From a virus: a stretch of DNA of 64,000 bases. The stretch covers positions 32,001 through 96,000 of IMG/VR virus record IMGVR_UViG_3300027714_000004; one strand, given 5' to 3'. Below are positions 36,885-46,930 of this stretch, piece after piece (the first letter of the stretch is position 1; the number at the start of each line of letters is the position of its first letter). A program made the position numbers and the translations under genes. The notes below the pieces were generated by a model that was not told where the DNA came from, made no database searches, and saw nothing but the letters and a program-made list of their open reading frames with translations.

Positions 36885-37838
36885 ATGTCTATGAATGATG
36901 TGCTTCAAATCGAAACTTCCGCGACTGTTGGTAAATGCCCTTGGGGTATCGGTACCGAGGTCTCTAACGATCTAACTCCTATCCAGATGATGCAGAAAGC
37001 AGGCGTCGATTGGTCAGTTGAGAAGATCCCTACTTACGCTCGACACAACCTTGTTGAAGTACCTACAGGTATGGAAGCACTTGTGCGTTCTACTGACAGC
37101 AAGATCCTAACCCAAGTGGGTGGTAACTGGAACCCAGTTCAAAACGAAACCGCATTCGAATTCTTCAACGATTACTGCTCTGCCGGTGATATGGAAATGA
37201 GTTCTGCTGGATCTTTGAAAGATGGTAAGATGGTCTACGCAATGGCTAAGGTCAAAGAGTCATTCGACATCCTTGGTGGTGATCAGGTCGATTCATATCT
37301 TTTATTCTCTAACCCACATGAGTACGGTAAGTCAATCGATGTTCGGTTCACTCCGGTTCGTGTAACTTGTATGAACAGTCTGTCCCTTGCGCTGAGGACT
37401 GGTTCGGTTAACTCAACTAAGATCAACCACCGTAAGGCATTTGATGCGGAGCAGGTTAAGGTCACTATGGGTCTTGCCCACGAGAAGTTTGACCAATACA
37501 AAGAGATGGCAGAGTTGTTATCAAAACGACAGTTCACTGCTGATACTCTTATTCAGTACTACAACTCTCTCTTCCCCGCACAAGCTCCTGCGGAAGAAGT
37601 TAGACACTATAATGACCTCGCACCGAATGCCAAGAAGGCATACGAGTTGTTAGAGACTCAGCCAGGCGCTGAGTACGGTCGTGGAACATGGTGGCAGGCG
37701 TTTAACTCAGTTACGTATCTAACTGACCACCGATTAGGTCGTACCGCTGACAGTCGAATGACTTCTGCATGGTACGGTGCAAACCAAGTCAAGAAGAAGC
37801 GTGCAGCTGAACTTGCAGTAGAAATGGCGGTGGCATAA
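36885..37838 (+). CDS. DUF932/DUF945-family protein
   Basis: PWGIG, PVQNETAF, TPVRVTCMNSL, GTWWQAFNSVTYLTDH. Confidence 0.85.
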   Translation: MSMNDVLQIETSATVGKCPWGIGTEVSNDLTPIQMMQKAGVDWSVEKIPTYARHNLVEVPTGMEALVRSTDSKILTQVGGNWNPVQNETAFEFFNDYCSAGDMEMSSAGSLKDGKMVYAMAKVKESFDILGGDQVDSYLLFSNPHEYGKSIDVRFTPVRVTCMNSLSLALRTGSVNSTKINHRKAFDAEQVKVTMGLAHEKFDQYKEMAELLSKRQFTADTLIQYYNSLFPAQAPAEEVRHYNDLAPNAKKAYELLETQPGAEYGRGTWWQAFNSVTYLTDHRLGRTADSRMTSAWYGANQVKKKRAAELAVEMAVA

Positions 37839-38110
37839 TGTATACTAGTAATCGAGAATATACCAATCGTTACGGGGACAAGTATGAGTTTGTCCCTTCC
37901 GAAGATGAACCTAAAAAGTATTACCTTGAAGGTGAACTGCAACATATGCGATGTGGTGGGAAGGAAGGTGTTGAAGGAATAGACATGACTGACTTGGGTA
38001 TGATAGACCCCAGTGGAGGCCCATACATAGATATTGGAACTATACTTGACGGTAAACCAATCACTCGACTTGGATTATATGCTGAAGTTGTAAGGGTGGA
38101 AACAGAATGA
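37838..38110 (+). CDS. Hypothetical protein
   Basis: NRYGD..IDPSGGPYI. Confidence 0.7.
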   Translation: MYTSNREYTNRYGDKYEFVPSEDEPKKYYLEGELQHMRCGGKEGVEGIDMTDLGMIDPSGGPYIDIGTILDGKPITRLGLYAEVVRVETE

Positions 38111-38496
38111 AAAAGACTAGATTTGACTTAGAAGATGAGATCATGGACTGCTGGGGAGTAGTCTCAGATTTGTCAACTGTAATGGAGTATTTGGATGACG
38201 ACTTCTTTGAAGGAATGTCCTCTGCTCAACAAGACAAGCTTCAGAACCTGTTGTTAGGTATGACAGAGATGTACGATGTCAAGTTCGCTAAGATGTTTAA
38301 TACCTTTGAAGGATGCATCGAGGAATTTGATGGCGAAGTGGCTCAGATACCTCTCGCTAAATCGTGGAAACTCTTTCCTGATGACGGTGATACCCCTCCG
38401 TGGAACTTAGAAGATGATGATTATGATTACGATCACGAGACTCGACTGAACGATGCAACTCCCAGTGAATGGGATAAGGCAACCGACCCGAAATAA
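38107..38496 (+). CDS. Hypothetical acidic protein
   Basis: RFDLEDEIMDCW, coupled. Confidence 0.7.
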   Translation: MKKTRFDLEDEIMDCWGVVSDLSTVMEYLDDDFFEGMSSAQQDKLQNLLLGMTEMYDVKFAKMFNTFEGCIEEFDGEVAQIPLAKSWKLFPDDGDTPPWNLEDDDYDYDHETRLNDATPSEWDKATDPK

Positions 38497-38545
38497 CGTC
38501 ATTAACCTCTCCCTGAGTATAAATAGTTTTAAAAGGGAGAGACTT

Positions 38546-38803
38546 ATGAAAACATCTCATTCGGTTATGTTGTGCTTCGCACTTTGGGTTGGTGGTACAT
38601 CACTTTTAATTAATGAATATATACATGTAGGAAAAGAAAAAGATGAAGCACTTCAGATATTAGAGAATGAAGTGCTTCGCTTAAAAAACATTAATATAGT
38701 ATATGATAGCATTATGCAAGAGTTTGTTTGGAGATGCGGAAACAAAGAAGAGATTCGCATCTCTGGACTATCTTTCATGTGTTATAAAATTGATAAGGTA
38801 TAG
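38546..38803 (+). CDS. Membrane/secreted hypothetical protein
   Basis: Late promoter at 38518, hydrophobic N-terminus. Confidence 0.6.
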   Translation: MKTSHSVMLCFALWVGGTSLLINEYIHVGKEKDEALQILENEVLRLKNINIVYDSIMQEFVWRCGNKEEIRISGLSFMCYKIDKV

Positions 38804-38805
38804 CA

Positions 38806-39240
38806 ATGATTACATTTCGTAAAGAAGTCTTTGAAGTTTTCGAGGAATATAAAGAAGCAAGTTCCAGAGAAACTCGATTAGATGTTTTGAAAAAATATTC
38901 AGATAACTGGGCATTCCTAGATATTCTCCGTGGATCTTTCGACGACTCACTAGAATTCAATGTACCGGCCGGTCGACCCCCGTTCACCCCGAACAAACCA
39001 GAATCCTCACCTTCTACCCTCTTGAAGCAACACAAGCAGTTTGTGAAGTTTATTAAGGGTACTAAATCCGGTGACAATACACCTACCTATCGTAGAGAGA
39101 ATCAATTCGTCCAGCTTCTAGAATCTATTCATCCAGAAGATGCCGAGTACGTTCTGAAGATGGTGGCAAAGAAACCACCATGTCGTTACATAACCAAGAA
39201 AATAGTACAGGAGGCATTTCCAAATTTAATACGCGAGTAA
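38806..39240 (+). CDS. Hypothetical protein typical of T4-like phages
   Basis: PAGRPPF..RRENQFVQLLESIHPEDA..VQEAFP. Confidence 0.75.
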   Translation: MITFRKEVFEVFEEYKEASSRETRLDVLKKYSDNWAFLDILRGSFDDSLEFNVPAGRPPFTPNKPESSPSTLLKQHKQFVKFIKGTKSGDNTPTYRRENQFVQLLESIHPEDAEYVLKMVAKKPPCRYITKKIVQEAFPNLIRE

Positions 39241-39274
39241 TCTTTTCGACTAACTAACTTCTGAGGAGAACCAT

Positions 39275-39370
39275 ATGTCGAGTGATGTACAACAGTTGAA
39301 CCAAGTAATAGTAACAAAAACCCAGTATTGTAATTTACTGGATACCTATACTCAACAACTTTCTCGTTAG
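39275..39370 (+). CDS. 31-aa peptide
   Basis: GAGGAG RBS. Stop codon overlaps an extended SD-like element. Confidence 0.5.
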   Translation: MSSDVQQLNQVIVTKTQYCNLLDTYTQQLSR

Positions 39371-39446
39371 GAGGTGATCATCTCTTCAGGAGCGTACAGT
39401 GAGTCTCCTGTCGTAGTGATTGAAAATAATTTGGAATGGATATATA

Positions 39447-39689
39447 ATGCCACAGTATGATTTTAGAAACAAGGAAACCGGAGAGGTCACGGAAGTGCTT
39501 CTCCGTATTTCTGAATACGACCAATACCTAAGTGACAACCCTGAGTGGGAACGTTACTTTGCCGCAGAATCCGCACCTAAGATAGTAGCGGGAGTCAAGT
39601 CCACTATGGCGATGGCGGGTAAAGGATGGGAAACACATCTTACCAATATCAAGAAAGGTTCTGGTAGGGATAATTCAATCAAGGTTTAA
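39447..39689 (+). CDS. FmdB-like small regulatory protein
   Basis: MPQYDFRNKETGEVTE..YLSDNP. Confidence 0.7.
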   Translation: MPQYDFRNKETGEVTEVLLRISEYDQYLSDNPEWERYFAAESAPKIVAGVKSTMAMAGKGWETHLTNIKKGSGRDNSIKV

Positions 39690-39694
39690 ATGAA

Positions 39695-39898
39695 ATGAAA
39701 TTCTTTAAGTGGTTAAAGTCCGGCCCAACGGGTGGTAGAAACATCGTAGACTCCTCGGGCCCTGATCCCGATGATCTTACGGTAGAGAATGCGTATAAAA
39801 CTAGGTGGGTATGGTATCACACTATACTCGCTCTCGAAATTTTAACGACCAACATCTTGTTGGCGTCTATCTTGGTGGTTCTTGCTATCAAGTTATAA
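39695..39898 (+). CDS. Small membrane protein
   Basis: C-terminal TM helix. Confidence 0.65.
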   Translation: MKFFKWLKSGPTGGRNIVDSSGPDPDDLTVENAYKTRWVWYHTILALEILTTNILLASILVVLAIKL

Positions 39899-39906
39899 GG
39901 TATATT

Positions 39907-40206
39907 ATGTTAATTAATGAATTGATTGAAAAGACTATAGAATGGCACCACGCTCGTAACCTAATCGACGGTGCGAACGATAAAGACCAATACATGAAAC
40001 TCATCCAAGAGTGCGGTGAGTTGTCCGACAACATCTGTAAGCAACAAGACATCCGAGACGACATTGGTGACATCATGGTCGTGTTGATTAATATTGCCGA
40101 GAGAAATGGAGTTACCCTTGAAGATTGTTTGGCCGTGGCGTACGACGACATTAAAGACCGTAAAGGAAAAATGGTCGATGGTGTCTTCATTAAAGAAGAG
40201 AAGTAA
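39907..40206 (+). CDS. MazG-like nucleotide pyrophosphohydrolase
   Basis: KLIQECGEL..DDIGDIMV..IKDRKG. Confidence 0.85.
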   Translation: MLINELIEKTIEWHHARNLIDGANDKDQYMKLIQECGELSDNICKQQDIRDDIGDIMVVLINIAERNGVTLEDCLAVAYDDIKDRKGKMVDGVFIKEEK

Positions 40207-40210
40207 TACG

Positions 40211-40654
40211 ATGAACCGCGAAGCAGTATACAACCAACTCAAGATCGACGAAGGAGTGGTATATGAGATTTACCTCGACCACCTCAACTATCCAACGTTC
40301 GGAGTCGGTCACCTTATTAAGGAAAGTGACGGCGAGTTCGGAGCTAAGGTCGGAACAAAAATATCCCCCGAAAGAGTTAGCGAGGCATTCCAACAAGACC
40401 TCGACATCTCAATCAACGAATGTGTTGTACTATACGGAGAACGGTTCGATTGTTTCCCAGATGAGGTACAGCAAGTCTTGGTTAATATGATGTTTAACCT
40501 AGGTAGACCCCGACTGAGTAAGTTTAAGAACATGTATGCTGCGGTTCTCGAAGGAGACTGGAAGACTGCCGCTGTTGAAGGTCGCGATTCGAAATGGTAT
40601 CGTCAAGTAGGACTCAGGTCTGAACGATTAATGAGAAGGTTAGAGAATGTCTAA
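40211..40654 (+). CDS. T4-type lysozyme (GH24)
   Basis: LKIDEG..YLD..PTFGVGH, NMMFNLG, SKWYRQV. Confidence 0.9.
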   Translation: MNREAVYNQLKIDEGVVYEIYLDHLNYPTFGVGHLIKESDGEFGAKVGTKISPERVSEAFQQDLDISINECVVLYGERFDCFPDEVQQVLVNMMFNLGRPRLSKFKNMYAAVLEGDWKTAAVEGRDSKWYRQVGLRSERLMRRLENV

Positions 40655-41495
40655 TAATGTAATATTCCAATACATGATTGTAAATGATGCAGTCGATGCT
40701 CGTGGTAATATTAGAGGTTGGCTTGGTACACGGTCTTCCTTGTACAGAGAAGTAGCAGATATCTCTCGTACATCATTTGAAAAGTACGCAAAGAAGATTG
40801 GTGCAGAACACATCTATTCAGATGAACGAGTCGCTACCAAAGGTCACGAGTGTTCTACCTCACTCTTGCACGAGTGCGCACGTGTCTGGTTAGACCCTAT
40901 GTTCGACCAGTACGACAACCTACTATTCGTCGACACAGACATCGTGGTCAACACCGAAGAGAACATCTTTGACGTGATGGAGTCCGGTGCAGAGGTCTAT
41001 GGTGTCCTAGAGTCGGACTTTGTTACTGCAAATGGTAGCGGGTACAATGCATGGGATGGTGACGAAGAGAACTATAGGAACTTCTGTCGTAAGTTCGAGA
41101 TGCATGACTGTCCCATAGTCCCTGCAATGCCACCTAACAGACCTTCTAAGCTTACCATCATGAATACCGGAGTTGTACTCTGGACTAAGGAAGCGCGTCT
41201 ACGCGCACGTGAACTGTTCATGTCGTGGGAAGACTGGTGTTACACTGGTGACTTCCACATGTCTATTATGAACGACCAACCCTATATCTCCGCACAGTTG
41301 ATGAAGCACGAATTCGACGTAGAGACTATCGATACGACTTGGAACGATAGTCCACACTACGCAACGGTATCAGAGTTCTTCGAGAAAGCAAGGTTCTGTC
41401 ACTACACAGGTGGTGAGTGGAAGACCGATATGGTACGTCACTGGGAAGAGAAACGGTTCAAAACGACCCCTTGGGAACGCAGTCTTATCCCATAG
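40647..41495 (+). CDS. GT-A fold glycosyltransferase
   Basis: FVDTD, NTGV, NDQPY, WN, HY. Confidence 0.75.
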   Translation: MSNNVIFQYMIVNDAVDARGNIRGWLGTRSSLYREVADISRTSFEKYAKKIGAEHIYSDERVATKGHECSTSLLHECARVWLDPMFDQYDNLLFVDTDIVVNTEENIFDVMESGAEVYGVLESDFVTANGSGYNAWDGDEENYRNFCRKFEMHDCPIVPAMPPNRPSKLTIMNTGVVLWTKEARLRARELFMSWEDWCYTGDFHMSIMNDQPYISAQLMKHEFDVETIDTTWNDSPHYATVSEFFEKARFCHYTGGEWKTDMVRHWEEKRFKTTPWERSLIP

Positions 41496-41509
41496 AGCCT
41501 AAATACTTC

Positions 41510-41558
41510 ACTTATTTTGAAAATAAGACTTGACAAACCTCTCCCATCTTGATATAAT
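41510..41558 (+). promoter_or_regulatory. Early promoter with upstream palindrome
   Basis: ACTTATTTTGAAAATAAGA, TTGACA-17-TATAAT. Confidence 0.8.
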
Positions 41559-41585
41559 ATAGTCTGAAATGTGAGAGGTTTTTTT

Positions 41586-41762
41586 ATGTCCGAGTTAAAT
41601 ACCACCAAGATAGAGTTGGCGACCAACTTAGTTAACCACTATATCTATGAACTAAAGAACCCCGATTGGGGACAATTGATGAGTTCCCTGCTAAATGAGG
41701 GGTTGACTTCTTCGGAAGTGTATGTTATAATGAACAAAGTAAAACAAGAGGGGGTTGTGTGA
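41586..41762 (+). CDS. Hypothetical protein
   Basis: GAGG RBS. Confidence 0.6.
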   Translation: MSELNTTKIELATNLVNHYIYELKNPDWGQLMSSLLNEGLTSSEVYVIMNKVKQEGVV

Positions 41763-42334
41763 AAAATAAAGTAATTTTAGTAGACTGTGACGGTGTGTTG
41801 TTGGATTGGATGTATTCATTCCAAGCTTGGATGAAGCGTCACGGGTATGATGCGATTGATGTTGATAAGTACAAGATCCATGAGATCTTCGGTATCTACA
41901 AGACAGAAGGTAAGAAGTTGTGTCGTATGTTCAACGAGAGTGCAACGATCCGTAAGGTTCCGCCTCACAAAGATGCGATCAAGTACGTTAAGAAGTTGCA
42001 CGAAGAAGAAGGTTACATATTCCATGCAGTGACCTCTTTGAGTAACGATGAGTATGCACAACACCTACGTACCAAGAACCTATGTGAGTTGTTCGGGCCT
42101 ACGGTCTTCGAGAAGTATGTCTACCTAGACACGGGTGCTGACAAGGATGAAGCACTTGCAGTGTACAAAGACACCGGATGCATCTGGGTCGAAGATAAGG
42201 TGGAGAATGCACAGGCTGGTGCTGCGGTTGGTCTAGAGTCTTTAGTGATGAAACATGCGTACAACAGTGACTGTACCGAGTTTCCTCTGATGAACAACTG
42301 GAAAGAGATCTACGAGTACATTAAAGGTAAGTAA
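41759..42334 (+). CDS. HAD-family 5'(3')-deoxyribonucleotidase-like protein
   Basis: DCDGVL, VTS, K, WVEDK. Confidence 0.8.
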   Translation: MKNKVILVDCDGVLLDWMYSFQAWMKRHGYDAIDVDKYKIHEIFGIYKTEGKKLCRMFNESATIRKVPPHKDAIKYVKKLHEEEGYIFHAVTSLSNDEYAQHLRTKNLCELFGPTVFEKYVYLDTGADKDEALAVYKDTGCIWVEDKVENAQAGAAVGLESLVMKHAYNSDCTEFPLMNNWKEIYEYIKGK

Positions 42335-42352
42335 TCCATTTAATTTCCTTTT

Positions 42353-42376
42353 GGGAGTCTTCGGACTCCCTTTTTT
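42353..42376 (+). terminator. Intrinsic terminator
   Basis: GGGAGTC-TTCG-GACTCCC-T6. Confidence 0.9.
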
Positions 42377-42384
42377 ATGGGTGG

Positions 42385-42392
42385 TATAAATA
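42385..42392 (+). promoter_or_regulatory. T4-type late promoter
   Basis: TATAAATA directly after the terminator. Confidence 0.75.
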
Positions 42393-42412
42393 TAGATTTA
42401 ATGAGGTGTCTG

Positions 42413-43870
42413 ATGAGATACGTAGGGTACAGTGAGTTTTATCATGATGCGGGTCTAGCTATCATTAGCGAAGACGGTGTGGTAGAATTTGCGACACACG
42501 GAGAACGATACTCTAAGAAGAAGAATGACCCTAGACTCCCCCAAGGGCTTTGGAACATGGTGAATGGAGATGACCACATCTCTTTCTATGAAGATCATGT
42601 AACCAAGTTCGATATACGTGGAGGGTTCGACGGTACCGGATATCCTAAAGACGCTGAGTACGATACATTCCATATGCATCACGAATCTCATTGCGCAACC
42701 GCATTCTATACCCGTCCGTGGGACTCGAAGGACGATACTGTCCTCGTCTCGATTGATGGGGTAGGTGAACTACAGACTGCGGTCATCATGGACTCTAACT
42801 TCAACCTAATCAAAGAGTGGCACTACCCTAAGTCGGTAGGACTAGTCTATACCCTTACTACTAAGTTCCTTGGTCTACGTCCACTTGAAGATGAGTACGT
42901 GGTAATGGGACTGTCTGCCTATCAGGATACCAACGAAGAGTCTCGTGCTATCACAGACTGGTTGATTAAATGGTACAATGAACTAGAAGACATCGCACCG
43001 GAGGTAGCACTAGGTGCTACAGTTGGGGGTGTAGACTCTCAACGTGAGAAAGATCGTCTACTATGGAGAGCAGAGTTCGAGAAGAAGATCCTCGCAGTAG
43101 AAGATAAGGTAGCGGCACGTGCTACCCAAGACTTTGCTGACTATGCGATCATGCAGATCATGGGTACGGCAGCGCAGTACGGTAAGAAACTATGTTACTC
43201 CGGTGGTTGTGCACAGAACGTGGTGATCAACTCTAGGTTGTTCGAACTGTTCGATGAGGTACATATCGCATGTTCACCTACAGACGCTGGGTCGGGTCTG
43301 GGTACAGCTGCACGTTCATGGGCAAAGGCAACGGGTAAGGATAAGTTGATCTGGTCTCCGTACTGTGGGTACGATATCGATAGTCCAATCAACCCTACCG
43401 AGGTTGTAGACCACCTACTCAACCATAAGGTATGTGGTATTGCGAACGGTAAGGCAGAGTTCGGGCCTCGTGCATTAGGTAATAGATCCCTGATTGCAGA
43501 CGTACGCTATGACGTACAGGATACAGTGAACGGAATCAAACGTAGACAGAAGTATCGTCCGTTTGCTCCTGCCATCCTAGAAGAGTATGCAGAAGAGTAC
43601 TTCAGCGGCCCTATGAATGACCATATGCAGTTCACCTCTAAGGCACTGCATGACTACGCACCTGTGACCCACGTAGATGGGACTGCACGGGTACAAATCG
43701 TGAAGAAGGACTGTGAGTCTATCTTCAGAAAGGTAATTGAAGAGTACCATGATAGAACTGGTGTTCCGATGCTACTCAATACATCTCTCAATATACGAGG
43801 CAGACCTATGGTCAATGACGAACATGATGCTGCGTTATGGGAACAAAAATACGAAGTAAAGGTATTCTAA
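42413..43870 (+). CDS. O-carbamoyltransferase (NodU/CmcH/TobZ family)
   Basis: HDAG, HHESH, DGVGE, GGCAQN, EFGPRALGNRS, RPFAP, HVDGTARVQ, LNTSLN. Confidence 0.93.
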   Translation: MRYVGYSEFYHDAGLAIISEDGVVEFATHGERYSKKKNDPRLPQGLWNMVNGDDHISFYEDHVTKFDIRGGFDGTGYPKDAEYDTFHMHHESHCATAFYTRPWDSKDDTVLVSIDGVGELQTAVIMDSNFNLIKEWHYPKSVGLVYTLTTKFLGLRPLEDEYVVMGLSAYQDTNEESRAITDWLIKWYNELEDIAPEVALGATVGGVDSQREKDRLLWRAEFEKKILAVEDKVAARATQDFADYAIMQIMGTAAQYGKKLCYSGGCAQNVVINSRLFELFDEVHIACSPTDAGSGLGTAARSWAKATGKDKLIWSPYCGYDIDSPINPTEVVDHLLNHKVCGIANGKAEFGPRALGNRSLIADVRYDVQDTVNGIKRRQKYRPFAPAILEEYAEEYFSGPMNDHMQFTSKALHDYAPVTHVDGTARVQIVKKDCESIFRKVIEEYHDRTGVPMLLNTSLNIRGRPMVNDEHDAALWEQKYEVKVF

Positions 43871-44196
43871 TGACCGAAGAACTAAAACCAATCAAACAAA
43901 AGATTGAACTTGAAGTAGAGTTCGATACCACCCAAAAGGAAGTGATCCCTAGTAGGTTCAGTGTCCTATTGGACTTTGCGGACGTGATCGATGCGTATCG
44001 ACTATTCCCACGTGCCTTCATAGCAACCTACCTGTTCCTATTGATCGATACCGCAGAATGGTTCATGACCATACCTGAACCTAATGCATCACAGGCAGGT
44101 CTTATCTCTGTTATCATCGGTGCGGGTGCTGCATGGTTCGGTCTATACACCTCTACAGGTTCTGGACGTTCATCAAAGAGTACTAAGTCTAACTAA
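43870..44196 (+). CDS. Two-TM membrane protein (holin-like)
   Basis: Two hydrophobic helices. Confidence 0.6.
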   Translation: MTEELKPIKQKIELEVEFDTTQKEVIPSRFSVLLDFADVIDAYRLFPRAFIATYLFLLIDTAEWFMTIPEPNASQAGLISVIIGAGAAWFGLYTSTGSGRSSKSTKSN

Positions 44197-45080
44197 TGAA
44201 ACCTTCCGAATTAGTAACTTGGAGAGGTACGCCAGGCGTAGGCGATTTCATGTGGGCATTGAATTGCTGTCACCAGTACGCAGCCGATCACAATATTCGG
44301 AAGATCAACTTAGAGCTTCATTGGGAGCATGGTGAAGACCACCTCCATCACTTCGAAGATCCAGAAACGATCATCGAACGATGTAATTACATACACAACT
44401 TCTATTACCAACAGGAACGGGTAGAGGTACATCATATATTCAATGCTCAAGGTAGGTATAGAGATTGGAAGTTTAATGATGATATTGTTTTGGAAACAAA
44501 TGGTGAGCGTAGAATAGTTGCGATAAAGAAACCTAAAGCGCGATATTATTTTGAATCCGGATACTACAATGACCAGCCGAATAATGATGTTCCTGATAGT
44601 AACTGGATATTCAGACAAGACGCATTTCAAGACTACGACCCCAACCGAATAGTTTTCTGGAGACCAACTTGGAATGCAGAGAAACCCCGCACTTGGAAAA
44701 GACTATTTTCAAATGACGATTGGGATGAGTTGATCGGACACTTCACGGATAAGGGGTTCAATATGCATGAAGTCTCCTATCGCACCCCCGTAAGAGAAGT
44801 GATGCATCTAATAGCAACTTCACGTATGGTTATATGTTACGATGGCATATGGCACTACATTGCAAAGAACTTTGCTAGACCACTCGCGGTAATCAGTGGA
44901 GAAGGTGTTACTAAATACCATACACCAAATGCCCTAAGACTGAATCCAGATATAAGGTCTATAGAAAATGGCGTCGATGTATGGTGGTGGATAGATCATA
45001 TGGAAGATTTGCTACAAGAGACCAAAAGAAGATCGGTAGAATACGAAGATAGAATAAGGACTCGTTATGGAAATGACTAG
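44196..45080 (+). CDS. GT-B (GT9-like) glycosyltransferase-like protein
   Basis: PGVGDFM N-terminal motif, YDGIWHYIA. Confidence 0.5.
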   Translation: MKPSELVTWRGTPGVGDFMWALNCCHQYAADHNIRKINLELHWEHGEDHLHHFEDPETIIERCNYIHNFYYQQERVEVHHIFNAQGRYRDWKFNDDIVLETNGERRIVAIKKPKARYYFESGYYNDQPNNDVPDSNWIFRQDAFQDYDPNRIVFWRPTWNAEKPRTWKRLFSNDDWDELIGHFTDKGFNMHEVSYRTPVREVMHLIATSRMVICYDGIWHYIAKNFARPLAVISGEGVTKYHTPNALRLNPDIRSIENGVDVWWWIDHMEDLLQETKRRSVEYEDRIRTRYGND

Positions 45081-46053
45081 AGATACATTTCAGATTGATC
45101 GTGCAGTAATCGAGGTTGCGGGTGGATGCAACTATTCTTGCTCTATGTGTCCACAAGACCTGCGTGAAGGTGGTCGACATAAAGGGTTTCGTCGTATCAT
45201 GAAACTAGATGAGTTCGAGAAGTATGTTGCGGACTGCGCACAGTACGGATTGAATGTAGTCAACCTAGATGGATCTGGTGAAGCCACTATGGCAAAGAAC
45301 CTACCTGAGTATATCAAGGTAGTGAAGAAATACGGTGCCAAGGCATTCATCTTCTCTAATGGATTCAAGATGGAAGGTCAGTACATGCGCGACTGTGTTG
45401 ACGCGGGACTAGACTTCTATCGATTCTCATTCGTCGGTGCGGATGAACAAGACTATAGTAAGTGGATGTACAACGCGATAGGTGGCCACTACGCACAGAT
45501 CAAACGTAACATCCAAGAGATGGTTGCGTACGTAGAAGAGACTAAGGCAGACTGTGTTGTATCTACCTACCATCTAATCACTGACAACGATAACATCGAC
45601 AGTGAACTAGACAAGTACAAAGCATTGGTAGATGAACTAGGTGTCAAGACCGAGATATGGAAGATGCATAACTGGTCTGGTACTTGGGACATCGGAGATA
45701 ATGCGCGAGATGGTAAGATAAAGACTTGTGGTAGACCGTTCTCTCCAGACGTAGTGATACGTGCGGGTGGACTTGAGAAGCAGACAGGTGCGGTACATCC
45801 TTGTTGTCAGGTACTAGGTCGAGACGAGGAAGCAGTGTTAGGTCACTGTTCAGAGGATAACATCGCTGACATCTTCTTTGGTGAAGCATACGAGACTCTA
45901 CGTGAACAACATCGAACCGGAGACTACCCAGACTTCTGTAAGAGCTGCGATTTCTTAATCGATGACCCCGAAGTGTTGGTCTATACCAACCATGAACGGG
46001 ATTTGATGAAAATGCATGGAACTAATTTTGATCTTAACGATTATAGAGATTGA
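45067..46053 (+). CDS. Radical SAM protein with SPASM/twitch domain
   Basis: CNYSCSMC, GSGEA, C-terminal CGRPF..PCC..CKSC. Confidence 0.9.
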   Translation: MEMTRDTFQIDRAVIEVAGGCNYSCSMCPQDLREGGRHKGFRRIMKLDEFEKYVADCAQYGLNVVNLDGSGEATMAKNLPEYIKVVKKYGAKAFIFSNGFKMEGQYMRDCVDAGLDFYRFSFVGADEQDYSKWMYNAIGGHYAQIKRNIQEMVAYVEETKADCVVSTYHLITDNDNIDSELDKYKALVDELGVKTEIWKMHNWSGTWDIGDNARDGKIKTCGRPFSPDVVIRAGGLEKQTGAVHPCCQVLGRDEEAVLGHCSEDNIADIFFGEAYETLREQHRTGDYPDFCKSCDFLIDDPEVLVYTNHERDLMKMHGTNFDLNDYRD

Positions 46054-46157
46054 ATCGTTATAAATAATATCACTTATCCGTATTCGACTGGCCAGTCCGA
46101 GATTTAATTCGCACCGTGCGGAAAGACACTTTTAAAAGAATATATAAAGGAATCCTC

Positions 46158-46871
46158 ATGGATAACGAACAAAGCATAGAAAAGTTAGCAGATCATTTTT
46201 TAGTCGGCAGCGCATTATCAGGACACTCATATGTCCAGAATCTATATGGCATGTATATCCGGTTCGAGCAAGAGATGGTAACCGAACGATCAAATATGTT
46301 TATTTCTAACGAAGCATATCATAAAGTATATAAACCCCTCATTGCAACCTCTCTCGATTTCCAGCCACATGGAGACACCGTTAATGTAGATGTCCTTAAA
46401 GAAGGTCAAGCATTAGGGAACCTTGAACCAGAGCAGTTGATGAGAATCACTCGTGACTATAAAGATGTGTTGGTGAACTTGTGGAAGACCCACTCTCCAG
46501 ATCTTTCTTGGGAAGACTTCATGCAAACTCCATTAGGGTTTGTTCTGATATCTGACTTCGAAACAGCGGCCAGTGAGTTTGTATATGATCTAGAGTTTTC
46601 CTATGAAGAACTTGTAACTTCTCCTCATCAGGTAATTACTTCTATCGTAGAGCACTTGCTTCCTAGAGAAAGTAATCCTGAACTAGAAACTTTTGGTCAA
46701 GCACATAGATCTATAAGTCTTAACGCTATTGATCGAGTTGTATCAGAATCCGCCATACGTACCCTACGTGAAGGACAGACTGACGGTATGCTAGATAGTG
46801 TAGGTGTTTACAAGCAGTTCTTGACACCAGATCAAGCTGGCGAAGTAGATGAGTTCGTATCGAACCTATAA
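46158..46871 (+). CDS. Sulfotransferase-like protein (divergent)
   Basis: SGHSY, RDYKDVLV, SYEEL. Late promoter upstream. Confidence 0.5.
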   Translation: MDNEQSIEKLADHFLVGSALSGHSYVQNLYGMYIRFEQEMVTERSNMFISNEAYHKVYKPLIATSLDFQPHGDTVNVDVLKEGQALGNLEPEQLMRITRDYKDVLVNLWKTHSPDLSWEDFMQTPLGFVLISDFETAASEFVYDLEFSYEELVTSPHQVITSIVEHLLPRESNPELETFGQAHRSISLNAIDRVVSESAIRTLREGQTDGMLDSVGVYKQFLTPDQAGEVDEFVSNL

Positions 46872-46896
46872 TCCACTAGTTAAATTTTAGATAGAT

Positions 46897-46930
46897 AAGA
46901 CGGGTTAGGAAACTTTCCCGTCTTTTTTTT
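46897..46930 (+). terminator. Intrinsic terminator
   Basis: AAGACGGG...CCCGTCTT with T-tract. Confidence 0.75.
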
